Below are positions 27,704 through 37,502 of a stretch of 64,000 nt of DNA, one piece after another. The translations under genes were made by a program, and so were the position numbers. The notes beneath the pieces are model-generated. The model did not search any database. It saw nothing but the letters and a program-made list of their open reading frames with translations, and was not told the origin of the DNA. Origin of the DNA: Candidatus Bathyarchaeia archaeon (GTDB lineage: Archaea; Thermoproteota; Bathyarchaeia; Bathyarchaeales; Bathycorpusculaceae); NCBI GenBank assembly GCA_050010755.1, contig JBEKKK010000001.1, positions 1,024,001-1,088,000 on the forward strand. The letters are read 5' to 3'. Within the stretch, counting starts at the first letter, position 1, and each line of letters opens with the position of its first letter.

Positions 27704-30700
27704 ATGAAAAACCAAAAAATCGGAGCAGTAATGGTGGTCGGCGGAGGAGTCGCTGGCATACAAGCATCCTTGGATCTAGCCGATTCTGGATTCAAAGTGT
27801 ATCTTGTTGACAAAGGACCAAGCATAGGCGGGGTGATGGCTCAGCTCGACAAGACGTTTCCAACAAACGACTGTTCAATGTGCATCTTGTCACCCAAGCT
27901 TGTTGCAACTGGAAGACACCCGAACATCACGATTCTGACGAACGCAGATATCATGGGATTGAACGGTGAAGCTGGAAACTTCGAAGTAAAGATTCGAAAA
28001 AACAGCCGTTACATAATCGAAGACAAGTGCAACGGCTGCGGCATCTGCGCGCAGAAGTGTCCAATCGAAGCCGTTGACACGTTTAACGAAGGCCTAGCGA
28101 AGAGAGGCGCTGTCTACGTGGAGTATCCACAGGCAGTCCCGCTGAAGTACAAGATTGACCGCGAAAAATGCATAGGATGCGGAACGTGCTACGAAATCTG
28201 CAAAGCAAGAGCAATTGAGTACGACCAGAAAGAGACCGAGACAACCCTGAAAGTTGGCTCAATAATCCTCGCTCCCGGATTCGAACCCTTCGACGCAACG
28301 CTCAAAACCGAGTACGGCTACGGACGCTTCCAAAACGTGGTCACAAGCCTCGAATTCGAGCGAATCCTTAGCGCCTCCGGCCCGTACGGCGGACTCGTCA
28401 TAAGACCATCAGACGGTGAAATACCGAAAAGAGTAGCCTTTATCCAATGCGTCGGCTCAAGAGACTATCAACTCGGAAACAACTACTGTTCCGCGGCATG
28501 TTGCATGTACGGCATAAAAGAAGCCGTCATAGCAAAAGAGCACACACCCATCCAAATTGACGCGTCAATCTTTTACATGGACATGCGTTCGTACGGAAAA
28601 GAGTTCGACGCGTACCGCAACCGCGCCGAGGAAGAGTACGGCATAAGATTCACGAGATCACGCGTCGCCGGAGTCACTGAAGACCCGTTGACGGGTAACC
28701 CCTTCGTCCATTACGTCCAAGACGAAACCCCAAAGACGGAAGAGTTCGACATGGTTGTGCTGGCAATAGGCATGCAACCCCCGAAAGGCGTTAAAGAACT
28801 GGCCAAAAACCTGGGAATCAAGCTCAACAAGTACAACTTCTGCGCAACACAAACTTTCTCTCCGATGGACACTTCGAAACCCGGCATCTACGTCTGTGGT
28901 GCTTTCTCAGCACCGAAAGACATACCTGAAAGCGTAGCCCAAGCAAGCGGCGCGGCGGCAAGAGCCATGGGAATAATCGCAGACGCAAGAGGAACACAGG
29001 TTGTAGCAAGGGTGTATCCTGCTGAAAGAGACGTGAGCAAAGAAGAGCCTCGCATCGGAGTCTTCGTCTGCCACTGCGGAATCAACATAGGCGGAGTCGT
29101 GAATGTACCACAAGTCGTGGAATACGCAAAGACCTTGCCAAATGTGGCCTACGCAGAAGCAAACGTTTACACTTGCTCACAGGACACTCAGAAGCTCATG
29201 TGCGAAGAAATCAAGCAGAACAAACTGAACCGGGTTATAGTTGCTTCGTGCACACCGAGGACGCATGAGCCGCTCTTCAAAGAAACAGTCCGGGAAGCTG
29301 GATTGAACCCGTACTTGTTTGAGATGACGAACATCCGAGACCAGTGCAGCTGGGTGCATATGCACGAACCGAAAGAAGCTACGGAAAAAGCCAAAGACCT
29401 CATCAGGTCGATAGTTGCCAAAACAGCACTCTTGAAACCCTTGAAGAAACCGGTGATAAGCGTCACCCAAGTGGGTCTCATAATAGGAGGCGGCGTCTCT
29501 GGTATGACGGCAGCTTTGGAGCTTGCAAAACAGGGTTTCGAAGTGCATTTGATTGAAAAAGAAAAGGAATTGGGTGGTCATCTTCTCACGATGTACTCTC
29601 TACTTGGAGAGAAAGGCGATCCGAAAGAAAAAGTAAATGCCATCGTCGACGAAGTCATGAAGAATGACAAGATACACGTCTACACCGAAGCAGAAGTTGC
29701 CGAGGTCCACGGTTTCGTGGGAAACTTCAAGTCAAAAATCCACCAACAGAACGGTAGCGAAAAGGAAATTCAGCACGGCATAGTGATAGTCGCCACTGGT
29801 GCGGTAGAATACAGACCCACGGAGTACTTCTATGACAAAGACCCGAGAGTCGTGACACAACATGAGCTGGAAGAAGACCTTGCAAAAGGAGAATTCAACG
29901 CCAAAAACGTGGTCATGGTCCAATGTATCGGGGCAAGGACAAAAGAGCGACCCAACTGCTCAAGAATATGCTGTGGACAAGCCATCAAGAACGCTTTGAA
30001 AATCAAGGAAGTAAGCCCGCAGACCGAAGTGTACGTGTTATTCAAGGACATCAGATCCTACGGGTTCAAAGAAGACTACTACCGTGACGCTGCAATGAAA
30101 GGGGTCACGTTCATAAACTATGGCGATGAACGCAAGCCGGAACTCACCAAGGAGGGAAACAAACTCAAAATGGCCTTCTGGGAACCCGTGCTGAAGCAAC
30201 AACTCGATATTGAGCCTGATCTAGTGGTTTTGAGTGTGGCAACGATTCCGAACCCTGGGAACAAGCATATAGCCGAACTTCTCAAGGTGCCGCTGACAAA
30301 GGATGGCTCATTCTTGGAAGCACACATGAAACTCCGCCCAGTGGATTTCGCAACCGACGGCGTTTTCCTGTGCGGAATGGCTCATTCGCCAAAGTACATC
30401 GAAGAAAGCATCGCACAAGCGTGTGCAGCTGCTTCGAGGGCCGCAACAATACTCTCCAAAAGCACGCTCGAGATGGAAGGAATTATCGCGAACGTTGACG
30501 AAGATTTATGTAGTGCCTGTAGGGTCTGTGAGTATTTGTGTCCGTACAGTGCAGTCGAAATTAAGGACAAGGATGGAAAATCAATCGCACACGTGATTGA
30601 AGCCTTGTGCAAGGGCTGCGGCGCCTGTGGGACTGCCTGTCCGACCAAAGCTATTACGATGGGACACTTTACCACGCAGGAAATACTTGCCCAGGTCAAA

Positions 30701-30724
30701 GCAGCTTTAGTGGAGGCGGAATGA
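27704..30724 (+). CDS. hdrA: Heterodisulfide reductase subunit A, tandem-duplicated (two FAD modules)
   Basis: GGGVAG, LDKTFPTNDC, QCVGSR..CSAACC, internal VCHCG, second GGGVSG, QCIGAR..CSRICC, HMKLRPVD, terminal ferredoxin motifs. Confidence 0.93.
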   Translation: MKNQKIGAVMVVGGGVAGIQASLDLADSGFKVYLVDKGPSIGGVMAQLDKTFPTNDCSMCILSPKLVATGRHPNITILTNADIMGLNGEAGNFEVKIRKNSRYIIEDKCNGCGICAQKCPIEAVDTFNEGLAKRGAVYVEYPQAVPLKYKIDREKCIGCGTCYEICKARAIEYDQKETETTLKVGSIILAPGFEPFDATLKTEYGYGRFQNVVTSLEFERILSASGPYGGLVIRPSDGEIPKRVAFIQCVGSRDYQLGNNYCSAACCMYGIKEAVIAKEHTPIQIDASIFYMDMRSYGKEFDAYRNRAEEEYGIRFTRSRVAGVTEDPLTGNPFVHYVQDETPKTEEFDMVVLAIGMQPPKGVKELAKNLGIKLNKYNFCATQTFSPMDTSKPGIYVCGAFSAPKDIPESVAQASGAAARAMGIIADARGTQVVARVYPAERDVSKEEPRIGVFVCHCGINIGGVVNVPQVVEYAKTLPNVAYAEANVYTCSQDTQKLMCEEIKQNKLNRVIVASCTPRTHEPLFKETVREAGLNPYLFEMTNIRDQCSWVHMHEPKEATEKAKDLIRSIVAKTALLKPLKKPVISVTQVGLIIGGGVSGMTAALELAKQGFEVHLIEKEKELGGHLLTMYSLLGEKGDPKEKVNAIVDEVMKNDKIHVYTEAEVAEVHGFVGNFKSKIHQQNGSEKEIQHGIVIVATGAVEYRPTEYFYDKDPRVVTQHELEEDLAKGEFNAKNVVMVQCIGARTKERPNCSRICCGQAIKNALKIKEVSPQTEVYVLFKDIRSYGFKEDYYRDAAMKGVTFINYGDERKPELTKEGNKLKMAFWEPVLKQQLDIEPDLVVLSVATIPNPGNKHIAELLKVPLTKDGSFLEAHMKLRPVDFATDGVFLCGMAHSPKYIEESIAQACAAASRAATILSKSTLEMEGIIANVDEDLCSACRVCEYLCPYSAVEIKDKDGKSIAHVIEALCKGCGACGTACPTKAITMGHFTTQEILAQVKAALVEAE

Positions 30725-31164
30725 TGAGCAAGAACGACGGGTTTGAACCGAAAATAATAGGTTTTCTGTGCAACTGGTGCAGTTACGCAGGCGCAGACTT
30801 GGCCGGTGTGAGCAGAATCCAGTACCCCCCGAACATCAGAATCATACGCGTGATGTGCAGCGGCAGGATAGACCCAGCGTTCGTGCTTGAAGCCTTCAAA
30901 GACGGCGCCGACGGAGTGCTGGTTGCTGGTTGTCACTTGCCGTCTGACTGTCACTACATTAGCGGTAATTTCAAGGCTATGAGAAGGATAAACCTGTTGA
31001 AGAGAGTCTTGAAAGATTTCGGGATAGAACCTGAACGTTTGCGGCTGGAATGGATCTCGGCGAGTGAGGGAGACAAATGGGCAGCTGTGGTCAAAAGCAT
31101 GGTGGAGGACCTGAAGAAGCTCGGTCCGAGCCAAGTGCAGGATATGGAAGCTGAAGTCGAATGA
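30721..31164 (+). CDS. mvhD: F420-non-reducing hydrogenase subunit D
   Basis: FLCNWCSYAGAD, RVMCSGR, GCH..DCHY, WISASEG. Confidence 0.95.
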   Translation: MMSKNDGFEPKIIGFLCNWCSYAGADLAGVSRIQYPPNIRIIRVMCSGRIDPAFVLEAFKDGADGVLVAGCHLPSDCHYISGNFKAMRRINLLKRVLKDFGIEPERLRLEWISASEGDKWAAVVKSMVEDLKKLGPSQVQDMEAEVE

Positions 31165-31688
31165 CGGAAACCGCCGGTGAAAAGCCGATAAAGGCTTCAG
31201 AAATCGATCCCAAGTTTAAGTATGAGATATCGAAGATGCACGGCGGAGAAAAACTGATGCGCTGCTTCCAGTGTGGAACATGCACATCAGACTGTCCGGT
31301 TGCGAGGTTCAGCGAGACCTACAGGCCCAGACAGATAATACGCATGGCACAGCTCGGTCTCAGAGACAGAGTGCTGAACAGCGACACTCTGTGGCTTTGC
31401 GCAGCCTGCTTCACGTGCACAGACCGGTGTCCACAAGATGTTGAGGTTGCCAGTGTGATACGTGTTCTGAGAAACTTGGCAGCTGAGAAGGGCATCGTTC
31501 CTCAAATGTTCAAAGAGGAAGCATCAAGCATACTCGAGTCAGGCTACGCCTACCGAATTCCCGAGTTAAGGCTAAAGAAGAGAGAAACCCTGGGCCTGCC
31601 GCCGCTACCGAAGGGGAACCCCGGAAGCATAGGAAAAACGCTTCGGGAAATAAAGTTTCTTAAGTGCGTCGAAAAGAAGGGAAGCTAG
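31161..31688 (+). CDS. hdrC: Heterodisulfide reductase subunit C
   Basis: CFQCGTCTSDCP; WLCAACFTCTDRCP. Confidence 0.93.
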   Translation: MTETAGEKPIKASEIDPKFKYEISKMHGGEKLMRCFQCGTCTSDCPVARFSETYRPRQIIRMAQLGLRDRVLNSDTLWLCAACFTCTDRCPQDVEVASVIRVLRNLAAEKGIVPQMFKEEASSILESGYAYRIPELRLKKRETLGLPPLPKGNPGSIGKTLREIKFLKCVEKKGS

Positions 31689-31689
31689 G

Positions 31690-32580
31690 ATGGCCGAACA
31701 CAAGTATCTCCTGTTTCTGGGATGCGCAATTCCCTACCGTGTAGCCGCGTACGAGATCTCGGCGCGCAAAATCCTGCAGAGACTCGGCGTGGAAATAGTT
31801 GAGATGCCCGAGTTCAACTGTTGCGGGCTTCCGTTAGATCCTGTGAGCCACGAAACGATGCTCATTCTGGCAGCCAGAAATCTTGCAATAGCGGAGCAGA
31901 AAGGATTGGATATCGTGGCCTTGTGCCCAGGCTGTGCTGGGACTTTGAAGAAAGTCAGCAAGATGTTGAAAGAAGATAAGCACATGTGTGAAGAGATAAA
32001 CGGCCATTTGAAGGAAGCTGGATTGGAGTTCAAGGGAAACGTTACAGCAAAGCACTTGTTGCAGGTGCTGATTGAAGACGTAGGGTTGGAGAAGATAAAA
32101 GAAATGGTCGTCAGGCCGCTTACAAACGTGAAAGTTGCTGAACACAACGGTTGCCACATTTTGAGGCCAAAGGAATATATCGGTTTTGATGATCCTGAGG
32201 ATCCGAAAACACTCAAGACCTTGATTGAAGCGACTGGGGCAACATGTTTGGATTACTTGGATGAGATAGAATGCTGCGGTGCTCCAAGCGTTGGCGTGAA
32301 CGATAAGGTCGCTCTACAGCTCGCAAGGGACAAGTTGAACCACATCAAGACTGTGGATGCGCAGGCGTTGATAACCATATGCCCGTTCTGTCACATCATG
32401 TACGACACGAACGAGTTGCGCATCGAAAAAATGTTCAACGAGGTTTACGGTATTCCAATCCTGCATTACCCTCAACTACTGGGTTTGGCAATGGGGATGT
32501 CGCCTGAAGAACTGGCTTTCAATGAACTTCGCGTTAACTGTTCAAAAATATTGGGACAAGTGTGTGAGGGTGGAAAGTAA
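31690..32580 (+). CDS. hdrB: Heterodisulfide reductase subunit B
   Basis: Two CCG domains: FLGC..NCCG..CPGC; GCH..ECCG..CPFC. Confidence 0.93.
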   Translation: MAEHKYLLFLGCAIPYRVAAYEISARKILQRLGVEIVEMPEFNCCGLPLDPVSHETMLILAARNLAIAEQKGLDIVALCPGCAGTLKKVSKMLKEDKHMCEEINGHLKEAGLEFKGNVTAKHLLQVLIEDVGLEKIKEMVVRPLTNVKVAEHNGCHILRPKEYIGFDDPEDPKTLKTLIEATGATCLDYLDEIECCGAPSVGVNDKVALQLARDKLNHIKTVDAQALITICPFCHIMYDTNELRIEKMFNEVYGIPILHYPQLLGLAMGMSPEELAFNELRVNCSKILGQVCEGGK

Positions 32581-33561
32581 ATGAGCGAAAAACTGAAACT
32601 GGGTTTCTACTGGGCTGCAAGCTGTGGCGGGTGCGAAATCGCGGTGCTGGACATAAACGAGAAAATACTGGACGTAGTGAAAATCGCGGACATAGTGTTT
32701 TGGCCTGTTGCTATAGACGTCAAGTACAAAGACGTTGAAGCCATGCCCGACAAGTACATAGACATATGCTTCTTCAACGGGTCAATCAGGACCGGGGAAC
32801 AGGAACACATGGCCAAACTCCTCAGACAAAAATCCAAGACGCTCGTGGCGTTCGGCTCCTGCGCCCAAGAAGGATGCATACCGGGCCTAGCGAACCTTCA
32901 TGACCGAAAAGAAATCTTTGACAAAGTCTATTTGGAAAGCAAATCCATCGCGAACCCGAAAAGAATCGTTCCCAAAACCGAGACTGAGGTAAAAGAAGGC
33001 GTGTTAAAGCTGCCGAAGTTCTACGATACGGTGAAAACCCTTGATCAGACCGTTGACGTTGACTACTACCTGCCTGGCTGCCCACCTCCTGTAAAGCTAA
33101 TAGCAACTGCCGTGGAAGCCATCGCAAATAATCAGCTACCACCAAAGGGCTCAGTGCTTGCACCATTAAAATCTGTCTGCGACGAATGCCCACGCAAGAA
33201 GGACAACAAGAAAATCTCAAAAATATATCGTGTCTACGAGAAGATACCGGAACCGGAGAAGTGCCTGCTCGAACAAGGCATAATATGCATGGGACCAGCA
33301 ACTCGTAGCGGCTGCGGTGCTCAATGCCTCACCGTTGACATGCCCTGCACAGGATGTGGTGGACCCTGCCCAAACTCTCCAGAACAGGGAGCAGCAATGA
33401 TGAGCGCAGTAGCTTCGATACTTGGGCTTGAAGGCGAGACGGAGCATTACAGTCAGGAGGATGTTGACAACTTGATGAATCAGATCAAAGATCCTCTTGG
33501 AACATTCTACATGTACTCTTTGCCATCGTCTATTCTTAGAAGGAAAGTGATGGAAAAATGA
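32581..33561 (+). CDS. mvhG: Group 3c [NiFe]-hydrogenase small subunit
   Basis: CGGC, FGSC, PGCPP, VCDEC, CMGPATRSGC, PCTGCGG. Confidence 0.92.
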   Translation: MSEKLKLGFYWAASCGGCEIAVLDINEKILDVVKIADIVFWPVAIDVKYKDVEAMPDKYIDICFFNGSIRTGEQEHMAKLLRQKSKTLVAFGSCAQEGCIPGLANLHDRKEIFDKVYLESKSIANPKRIVPKTETEVKEGVLKLPKFYDTVKTLDQTVDVDYYLPGCPPPVKLIATAVEAIANNQLPPKGSVLAPLKSVCDECPRKKDNKKISKIYRVYEKIPEPEKCLLEQGIICMGPATRSGCGAQCLTVDMPCTGCGGPCPNSPEQGAAMMSAVASILGLEGETEHYSQEDVDNLMNQIKDPLGTFYMYSLPSSILRRKVMEK

Positions 33562-35012
33562 AGGAAATAGTAATAGATCCGATAACTAGACTGGAAGGCC
33601 ACGGCAATGTTTCGATCTTCCTGAACAACGAGGGCGAAGTTGACAACGCCTACCTCAAGATACCTGAACTCAGGGGGTTCGAACAGTTCTGCGTCGGCAG
33701 AAGAGCCGAGTTGATGCCGATTCTAACGACCAGAATCTGCGGCGTCTGCCCAGTAGCGCATCATTTTGCGGCAACAAAAGCCTTGGATGCAGCTTTCAAC
33801 GTTGAACCTCCGTCAGCCGCCAAGAAGCTCAGAGAACTCATGTACGCCGGTTACGTCATTTATGATCACACTCTGCACTTTTACTTTCTCGGAGGACCGG
33901 ACTTCATCGTTGGACCGGATGCACCGCCAGAAAAGAGGAACATTCTAGGAGTCATCGAGAAGGCCGGGATGGACGTGGCGAAAGAAGTTATCAAACACAG
34001 GGCGTACGGGCAGAGAATAACTGCCATTCTCGGCGGAAAGGCGACGCATCCAGTGTGCGGTCTACCAGGCGGCATCTCGAAGCCATTAAGCGAAGAGAAC
34101 AGGCAGGAAATTGAGATGATGGCCGCGTCGTCCCTAGAGTTCGCAAAGCTCACGCTGAAGATTTTCCACGAAATCGTCCTCGGAAACCCGAAGTACGTTG
34201 ACATGATCAAGAGCGACGCGTACACGATGAACACTTACTACATGGGCATGGTAGATGAGCACAACAAGGTTAACTTTTACGACGGCAAAATCAGAGTCGT
34301 CTATCCCAGCGGCGGCGAATTCCTCAAGTTTGAACCAAAAGACTACCTGACACAGATTGGCGAACACGTGGAAGAATGGACCTACGCAAAGTTCCCGTTC
34401 CTCAAAAAGGTAGGGTGGAAAGGCCTGGTTTACGGTCCTGACAGCGGAGTCTACCGCGTTGGCCCACTTGGAAGACTCAATGCTTCAGACGGAATGGCGA
34501 CACCGCTCGCACAGGAAGAGTACGATGTAATGTACAAGACTCTAGGCGGAAAACCGGTGCACGGCACTCTGGCATTCCACTGGGCAAGGCTGATTGAGCT
34601 GCTCTACGCAACTGAACGGGCGCTTGAGCTTGTCAAAGATCCTGAGATAACGAGCACGAACGTGCGGAACAAGCCGGGCGAGCCTGGAGAAGGCGTCGGT
34701 GTCGTCGAGGCAGCGAGGGGCACCCTGTTCCACCACTACGTGTTGGACAAGGACGCGCTCATCAAAGACGTGAACATGATCGTGGCGACAACCAACAACT
34801 ATCCCGCAATCTGCATGTCCATCCGCGACGCGGCAAAAGGCCTTATACACAAGGGCAAAGTGGACCAAGGCATGCTCAACATGGTCGAAATGGCTTTCAG
34901 AGCATACGACCCCTGCTTCGGATGCGCTACGCACTATGCCGTAGGACAAATGCCCCTAACCGTAAAAATCTACGACGCAAACAAAAACCTGATCCAGAAA
35001 CTGGAAAGATAA
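33558..35012 (+). CDS. mvhA: Group 3c [NiFe]-hydrogenase large subunit
   Basis: TRLEGH, RGFE, RICGVC (L1), RAYDPCFGCATH (L2) plus cleavable C-terminal extension. Confidence 0.94.
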   Translation: MKEIVIDPITRLEGHGNVSIFLNNEGEVDNAYLKIPELRGFEQFCVGRRAELMPILTTRICGVCPVAHHFAATKALDAAFNVEPPSAAKKLRELMYAGYVIYDHTLHFYFLGGPDFIVGPDAPPEKRNILGVIEKAGMDVAKEVIKHRAYGQRITAILGGKATHPVCGLPGGISKPLSEENRQEIEMMAASSLEFAKLTLKIFHEIVLGNPKYVDMIKSDAYTMNTYYMGMVDEHNKVNFYDGKIRVVYPSGGEFLKFEPKDYLTQIGEHVEEWTYAKFPFLKKVGWKGLVYGPDSGVYRVGPLGRLNASDGMATPLAQEEYDVMYKTLGGKPVHGTLAFHWARLIELLYATERALELVKDPEITSTNVRNKPGEPGEGVGVVEAARGTLFHHYVLDKDALIKDVNMIVATTNNYPAICMSIRDAAKGLIHKGKVDQGMLNMVEMAFRAYDPCFGCATHYAVGQMPLTVKIYDANKNLIQKLER

Positions 35013-35060
35013 AACCTTTTTCTTTCCTTCCTCTTTCTTATAGTCTGTTGGCGATTTCTA

Positions 35061-35558
35061 GTGGCCATCCTTGAATCTAGCTTCAGGAAGGAGCTTAGTG
35101 ATTGGCTTTCAAAGGCTAACAGGGTCGTTCTGGCCGGTATCGGAAACCCCATTAGAATGGACGATTATGTCGGAGTGAAAATAGTCCAGGATTTGCGTGA
35201 CAAGCTTTCTGACAGAGTTCTCCTCTTAGAATGCGAAACGGTTCCTGAGGGTTTCATGCAGCAGATCATAGATTTCAATCCAACTCATGTTCTTCTTGTA
35301 GACGCAGCAGTTCTGGGCCTGAAGCCAGGCGCCTGCAGGCTCGTTGAACCTGAGCGATTGGCGGTATCTCCTGCCTTCTCAACGCACATGCTTCCGTTGC
35401 GAATTTTCTGTGACCAAGTCAAGGAGACAACGCGAGCCAAGATCGCCCTTTTGCTTGTTGAGCCTGAGAAAGATGATTTTGGGGAGGGTTTGACGCCCCG
35501 TGTCCAAGCTTCTGCAAAAGAAATTGCAAGGATCCTGCTTGAACTACTCCCACGATAG
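35061..35558 (+). CDS. hycI: Hydrogenase maturation endopeptidase (HycI-type)
   Basis: GIGNPIRMDD.VG, ETVPE, VDAA, STH.LPL. Confidence 0.9.
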   Translation: MAILESSFRKELSDWLSKANRVVLAGIGNPIRMDDYVGVKIVQDLRDKLSDRVLLLECETVPEGFMQQIIDFNPTHVLLVDAAVLGLKPGACRLVEPERLAVSPAFSTHMLPLRIFCDQVKETTRAKIALLLVEPEKDDFGEGLTPRVQASAKEIARILLELLPR

Positions 35559-35682
35559 GTTCAACGGTTTCGAACGGCGTATGGGTACAACTTCGATCGC
35601 GCACGGCAACGGTATGTTCCCACAAGGTTCCTGCTTAAAACTTATATTTAGGGTCGGGTATCGAGTTCGATGTGTGATTATC

Positions 35683-36813
35683 ATGTCGGACAAGAAAGCG
35701 GATCTTGCAGGTCCAGGGATCGGCAACTACGATGAGCTGGAGAAGATTCTGCCGAAAGACTACCACTCCATTTTGAACCCGAAAGACACGCAGAAAGCTA
35801 TTTTTGCGGTGAAGAACTACATCGAAGAAAACCTGTGCAAAGAACTCAATCTGATAATGGTGCAAGTTCCCCTCATCGTGGACGTTGAAAGCGGCGTGAA
35901 CGACCTTTTGGATCGTGATGGCTCGCGTACACCCATTCAATTTCACATTTCAAACGATTATGACAAGCATCCTGTTAACGCTCAAATTGTTCAGGCCGCA
36001 ACCAAGTGGAAGCGGCTCGCCCTGAAAGAGTTCGGGATGAAACCTAGTGAAGGCATCTGCACTGACATGCGCGCCGTTCGCAAGGACTACTTCCTCGATC
36101 ATGACCACAGCGCCTACGTAGACCAATGGGACTGGGAAAAGGCGATAACTGAGAAGGAGCGCAACCTCAAATATCTTACCGAGACGGTGGAGAAAATCTG
36201 GGGGGTCATAAAGGGCGCCGAGAAACACGTCCAGAAGCTCTATCCCCAATTGAAAACGTACAATTATCCAGACCTGCCTGAAAAGCTCACTTTCCTGCAC
36301 GCCGAAGATATACTAGACAAGTACCCCAACCTTCCGCGCAAACAGCGCGAAACGAGGATTCTGCAGGACTATCCGGGAATTTTCATCTACGGAATCGGCT
36401 GGCCGCTCAGAGACGGTTACCCCCATGAAATGAGGGCGGCAGACTATGACGACTGGGTAACCGAAACAAAGTCTAAGGACGGAAGACCGATGCACGGCCT
36501 CAACGGCGACATCCTCGTATGGAACCCCGTAACGAAGCGACGCCACGAACTGACATCGATGGGAATAAGGGTAAACGCCGATACACTCAAGAAACAACTA
36601 GAGATGTCCGGTCAACTTGATTTTCTCAAGTACCCGTACCACCAGGGCATAATGAAAAACGAGATTCCGCTAAGCATCGGCGGAGGCATCGGCCAGTCCC
36701 GCACGCAGATGGCGATCCTGAAGAAAGCACACCTCGGCGAAGTGAGCGTTACGGTGTGGCCGAAAATACTCAAAGAAATGGGCCGCAAGAAAAATATATT
36801 CGTACTCGACTAG
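35683..36813 (+). CDS. asnA: Aspartate-ammonia ligase, bacterial (E. coli) type
   Basis: HSAYVDQWDWEK, RAADYDDW, GLNGDILVW, ELTSMGIRV, SIGGGIGQSR. Confidence 0.93.
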   Translation: MSDKKADLAGPGIGNYDELEKILPKDYHSILNPKDTQKAIFAVKNYIEENLCKELNLIMVQVPLIVDVESGVNDLLDRDGSRTPIQFHISNDYDKHPVNAQIVQAATKWKRLALKEFGMKPSEGICTDMRAVRKDYFLDHDHSAYVDQWDWEKAITEKERNLKYLTETVEKIWGVIKGAEKHVQKLYPQLKTYNYPDLPEKLTFLHAEDILDKYPNLPRKQRETRILQDYPGIFIYGIGWPLRDGYPHEMRAADYDDWVTETKSKDGRPMHGLNGDILVWNPVTKRRHELTSMGIRVNADTLKKQLEMSGQLDFLKYPYHQGIMKNEIPLSIGGGIGQSRTQMAILKKAHLGEVSVTVWPKILKEMGRKKNIFVLD

Positions 36814-36978
36814 TGACACAGGCCGCCACGTCCCCCTTTCTCTTATTTTCTCGTGATGCCCCAAGAACTAGAACTCCATCCTCGGCTAGACCGACGTGAG
36901 AACCTTAACCAAAAGCGCACAGGTAAACAGCTGCGCCATTATAATTGTTGAGTTACATTTGCGCCTAGAAAAAAGGTT

Positions 36979-37488
36979 TTAGGAGGTTTTCTGGGGTTCT
37001 TTCACAGCTTCTTGGAAAAGCTTCTTAACAGCTGTTATTCTTGCTTTCTGAGCTAATACGTCGCTTGTCGTCACTTCCAAGGCTTCTTCTGGGCACCACT
37101 TGACGCATTGCGGTTCTCCTTTCTCTTTGCACAGGTCACAGACGTAGACAACTTTGTTCTCAGGATGCAGCATGATTGCTCCGTAGTCGCAGGCTTCTAT
37201 GCACCATCCGCAGCCGTTGCACTTGTCTTTGTCCACGCTTATCAGTCCTGTTTCTTCGGACTGTGTCAAGGCTTCTCTTGGGCATGCGGCGACGCACGGC
37301 GGGTCTTCGCAGAGCCTGCATGTGACGGCTAGGTTTATCAGCTGGTTTATTCTGACGACTCTTATCCTGGATTTCAGCGGGTTGAACGCCTTCTCCTTGG
37401 TCAGTGAGCACACGTATTCACAGACTTGGCATCCTACGCATTTATCAGGGTCTGCGGAAACGAATTTTCTTTCATGAATCTTCACCAC
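36979..37488 (-). CDS. 4x[4Fe-4S] electron-transfer subunit associated with AOR
   Basis: Four Cys clusters of DmsB/HydN type. Confidence 0.88.
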   Translation of the reverse strand: MVKIHERKFVSADPDKCVGCQVCEYVCSLTKEKAFNPLKSRIRVVRINQLINLAVTCRLCEDPPCVAACPREALTQSEETGLISVDKDKCNGCGWCIEACDYGAIMLHPENKVVYVCDLCKEKGEPQCVKWCPEEALEVTTSDVLAQKARITAVKKLFQEAVKEPQKTS

Positions 37489-37502
37489 TTTCTCTTCCTC
37501 CG

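Noticed and set aside
27704-35012. Selenocysteine in HdrA/MvhD/MvhA
   Set aside because: All relevant positions are Cys codons in uninterrupted ORFs.
24503-35558. Evidence of methanogenesis or a glycine cleavage system
   Set aside because: No mcr/mtr or gcvP/T/L in the window, and the H-like domain lacks the lipoyl Lys.
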